This document shows, piece after piece, positions 33,145 through 35,282 of a DNA stretch of 35,282 nucleotides. How positions within the stretch are numbered: position 1 is the first letter of the stretch; each line of letters opens with the position of its first letter. The notes below the pieces were generated by a model. It saw only the letters and a program-made list of their open reading frames with translations. It made no database searches and had not been told where the DNA came from. Position numbers and translations under genes: made by a program. This DNA comes from Candidatus Tayloriibacteriota bacterium (GTDB lineage: Bacteria; Patescibacteriota; Minisyncoccia; Phycocordibacterales; PALSA-1337), in contig CALRAJ010000001.1 of the NCBI GenBank assembly GCA_943350765.1, forward strand, positions 257,066 through 292,347, in the 5' to 3' direction.

Positions 33145-33224
33145 AAAAGCATACCATAGTAAAATAGCATACTTTTTAGTATAATTCCAGCATATTACCT
33201 CACATCTGTAATTACAAAAACCCT

Positions 33225-35282
33225 TTAACCCCTCACCATCTCCTTACTCTCCATAATTTTCATATCCTTCCCGGCTTTCTTTACTTTCTTAACCTCAAAC
33301 ACAAACTCCCCACCTTTTAGAGTCACCTCAATAGCCCCTCCCTGCATTACCCCTCTAGATACCATGAGTGATGCTACTGGAGTCAATATCTTGTTTTGTA
33401 TCAAACGCTTGAGCGGTCTCGCACCGTACTGCGGATCATATCCCTCCTTTGCAAGATAGACTAATACTTCGGGAGAAACCTCTAGAGAAATCTCTTTTGT
33501 AAGTAATCGCTCTTTTACCAAATCCACCTGAATCTTTACGATATCTGCCACCGCCTCTGGTGAAAGAATATCAAAAATAATAATATCGTCGATACGGTTT
33601 AAAAACTCTGGTCGGAAAAAATCTTTGAGATTATTTGTAACCTTACTTTTGACATCATCGTAATTTTTCTTTTCATCACTGTTGTGACCAAAGCCCATTT
33701 TCTCCATTTTTTGAATATACTGAGCACCAATATTCGAAGTCATAATAATGACACTGTTTTTAAAGTTTACCACCCGCCCCTTGGCATCAGTCAAACGCCC
33801 ATTATCAAGTACTTGCAAAAGAATGTTGAACACCTCTGGATGTGCTTTTTCTATTTCATCAAAAAGAATCACGGAATACGGACGATGACGGACAATCTCT
33901 GTCAGTCCTCCACCTTCATCATGCCCAACATACCCCGGAGGTGCTCCTACTAGCTTTGACACCGAATGCTTTTCCATATACTCGGACATATCCACTCGCA
34001 CGAGTGCCTTGTCGTCGTTGAAAAGAAACTCAGCGAGAGCCTTGGTCAGCTCAGTCTTACCCACACCAGTCGGTCCAAGGAACATAAACGAGCCGATCGG
34101 CCTGTTTGGATCAGCTATCCCTGCCCTAGAGCGTTTGATAGTATCTGCGATCTTTTTTACTGCGTCATTTTGACCCACAATACGCTTTTTGAGCTCATCT
34201 TCCATGCGGGTTAGCTTCACAGCTTCCTCTTCTAACATTCGAGATACTGGAATACCTGTCCAACGAGAAACTACATCGGCAATATCTTGCTCAGTTATCT
34301 CTTCTTTTAGTATTCGTCGCGAGCTTTGTAACTTTTTTAAACGCTTTGACTTGGACTCCAGATCTTTTTCGAGTGCTGGAATCTTGCCATATCGTATCTC
34401 AGCTGCCTTTGCTAGATCTACTCGTGCCTCAGCCGACTCAGCCTCAAGGCGCAGAGTTTCCAAATCTTTTTTAATACCTTTAATCTCAGCAATTGTTGCT
34501 TTTTCGTTTTTCCATTTTAGCTCAAGCTCACTGGTCTGCTCTTTTAGATCGGCTATTTCCTTTTCTATTTTTGCGGTGCGAACTTTTGCTACCTTACTAG
34601 TCTCTTTTTTCAAAGATTCTCGCTCTATTTCAAGTCGCAAGACTTTTCTCCGAGTTTCCTCGAGTACTGGGGGCATATTTTCAAGAGAAATTTTTAAAGC
34701 CGAAGAAGCTTCGTCTATGAGATCGACTGTCTTGTCTGGCAAGAAACGGTCTGTGATATATCGACTACTGAGATTTACTGCTGATAAAATAGCATCGTCA
34801 GTAATACGCACCCCATGAAAAAGCTCGTACTTTTCTTTTAAACCACGCAAAATAGCTGTCGCATCCTCAAGTGATGGCTCATTGACATACACAGGCTGAA
34901 AACGACGAGTGAGAGCTGGGTCTTTTTCAATATGCTTTTGATACTCCTTTAGAGTGGTGGCACCGATAGCCCTTAGCTCACCACGAGCCAAAGCAGGCTT
35001 TAACATATTTGAAGCGTCCATCGAACCTTCTGAGGCACCTGCACCGACTAGTGTATGTATCTCATCGATAAACAAAATAATTTTACCATCTGACTTCTCA
35101 ATTTCTTTTAGAATATTTTTTAATCGTTCCTCAAACTCACCACGGTATTTTGTACCCGCTATTAGTGAGCCGAGATCGAGAGAGACTAGCTCTTTGTCTT
35201 TTAGTGACTCAGGTACATCACCCATAGCTATTCGTAATGCAAGCCCTTCTGCAATAGCGGTCTTGCCCACCCCAGCCTCACC
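33225..35282 (-). CDS. clpB: ATP-dependent chaperone ClpB (partial; N-terminal part lies beyond the window end)
   Basis: The frame is open to the window end and reads [15 protein letters not shown] (NBD1 Walker A). A coiled-coil middle domain follows, then NBD2 [19 protein letters not shown] and [28 protein letters not shown]. Confidence 0.92.
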   Translation of the reverse strand, partial: GEAGVGKTAIAEGLALRIAMGDVPESLKDKELVSLDLGSLIAGTKYRGEFEERLKNILKEIEKSDGKIILFIDEIHTLVGAGASEGSMDASNMLKPALARGELRAIGATTLKEYQKHIEKDPALTRRFQPVYVNEPSLEDATAILRGLKEKYELFHGVRITDDAILSAVNLSSRYITDRFLPDKTVDLIDEASSALKISLENMPPVLEETRRKVLRLEIERESLKKETSKVAKVRTAKIEKEIADLKEQTSELELKWKNEKATIAEIKGIKKDLETLRLEAESAEARVDLAKAAEIRYGKIPALEKDLESKSKRLKKLQSSRRILKEEITEQDIADVVSRWTGIPVSRMLEEEAVKLTRMEDELKKRIVGQNDAVKKIADTIKRSRAGIADPNRPIGSFMFLGPTGVGKTELTKALAEFLFNDDKALVRVDMSEYMEKHSVSKLVGAPPGYVGHDEGGGLTEIVRHRPYSVILFDEIEKAHPEVFNILLQVLDNGRLTDAKGRVVNFKNSVIIMTSNIGAQYIQKMEKMGFGHNSDEKKNYDDVKSKVTNNLKDFFRPEFLNRIDDIIIFDILSPEAVADIVKIQVDLVKERLLTKEISLEVSPEVLVYLAKEGYDPQYGARPLKRLIQNKILTPVASLMVSRGVMQGGAIEVTLKGGEFVFEVKKVKKAGKDMKIMESKEMVRG

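Noticed and set aside
1-35282. Alternative genetic code (UGA as sense, as in some candidate-phylum bacteria).
   Set aside because: All long conserved proteins (rpoB, topA, rnr, smc, clpB, serS) are uninterrupted under the standard code. The tRNA-Trp found has anticodon CCA, not UCA.

Overview
35.3-kb chromosomal window from a moderately AT-rich bacterium with compact genes. Gene content and order suggest a reduced, possibly Patescibacteria/CPR-like genome, but that is inference only. The standard genetic code fits, because all long conserved genes are intact with UGA read as stop.

Housekeeping genes:
- rpoB, partial. It is absent from the ORF track because its stop lies off-window, and I recovered it by hand translation.
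- An rpsP, KH-protein, trmD cluster.
- A folC-like ligase, RNase R, a short SMC, an FtsQ-like protein, serS, dprA, topA, parB, miaA, a class IV aminotransferase and clpB (partial).
- rpmG, found by hand because it is under 60 aa.
- tRNA-Leu(CAA), tRNA-Trp(CCA) and tRNA-Tyr(GUA).

Accessory content:
- An orphan histidine kinase, a SAM methyltransferase and a CapA-like protein.
- A GNAT-like cassette where rimM normally sits.
- A SEC-C-motif mini-protein coupled to folC.
- GrpB plus a zinc-ribbon protein.
- A four-gene redox operon: SUOX-fold Mo-enzyme, nitroreductase, HD hydrolase and FNR-like reductase.
- A RelE/DinJ-type toxin-antitoxin pair with a perfect palindromic operator.
- A PaaX/Cas2-fold regulator.
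- A clearly G+C-richer two-gene island encoding secreted or membrane proteins.

No transposase, integrase, CRISPR array or recognisable defence operon is visible. The most unusual signals are non-coding:
1. A stand-alone sRNA candidate with a consensus promoter, a terminator and a 16S-like anti-SD motif.
2. The same architecture at two tRNA genes: tRNA, terminator, inverted copy of that tRNA's own 3' end, spacer, then a direct copy.
3. A roughly 97% identical 149-bp inverted repeat pair bracketing ftsQ-serS-dprA, embedded in nested hairpin/MITE-like repeats.
4. A strongly structured GC-rich segment next to the GC-rich island.

Functions for these are hypotheses, not established.
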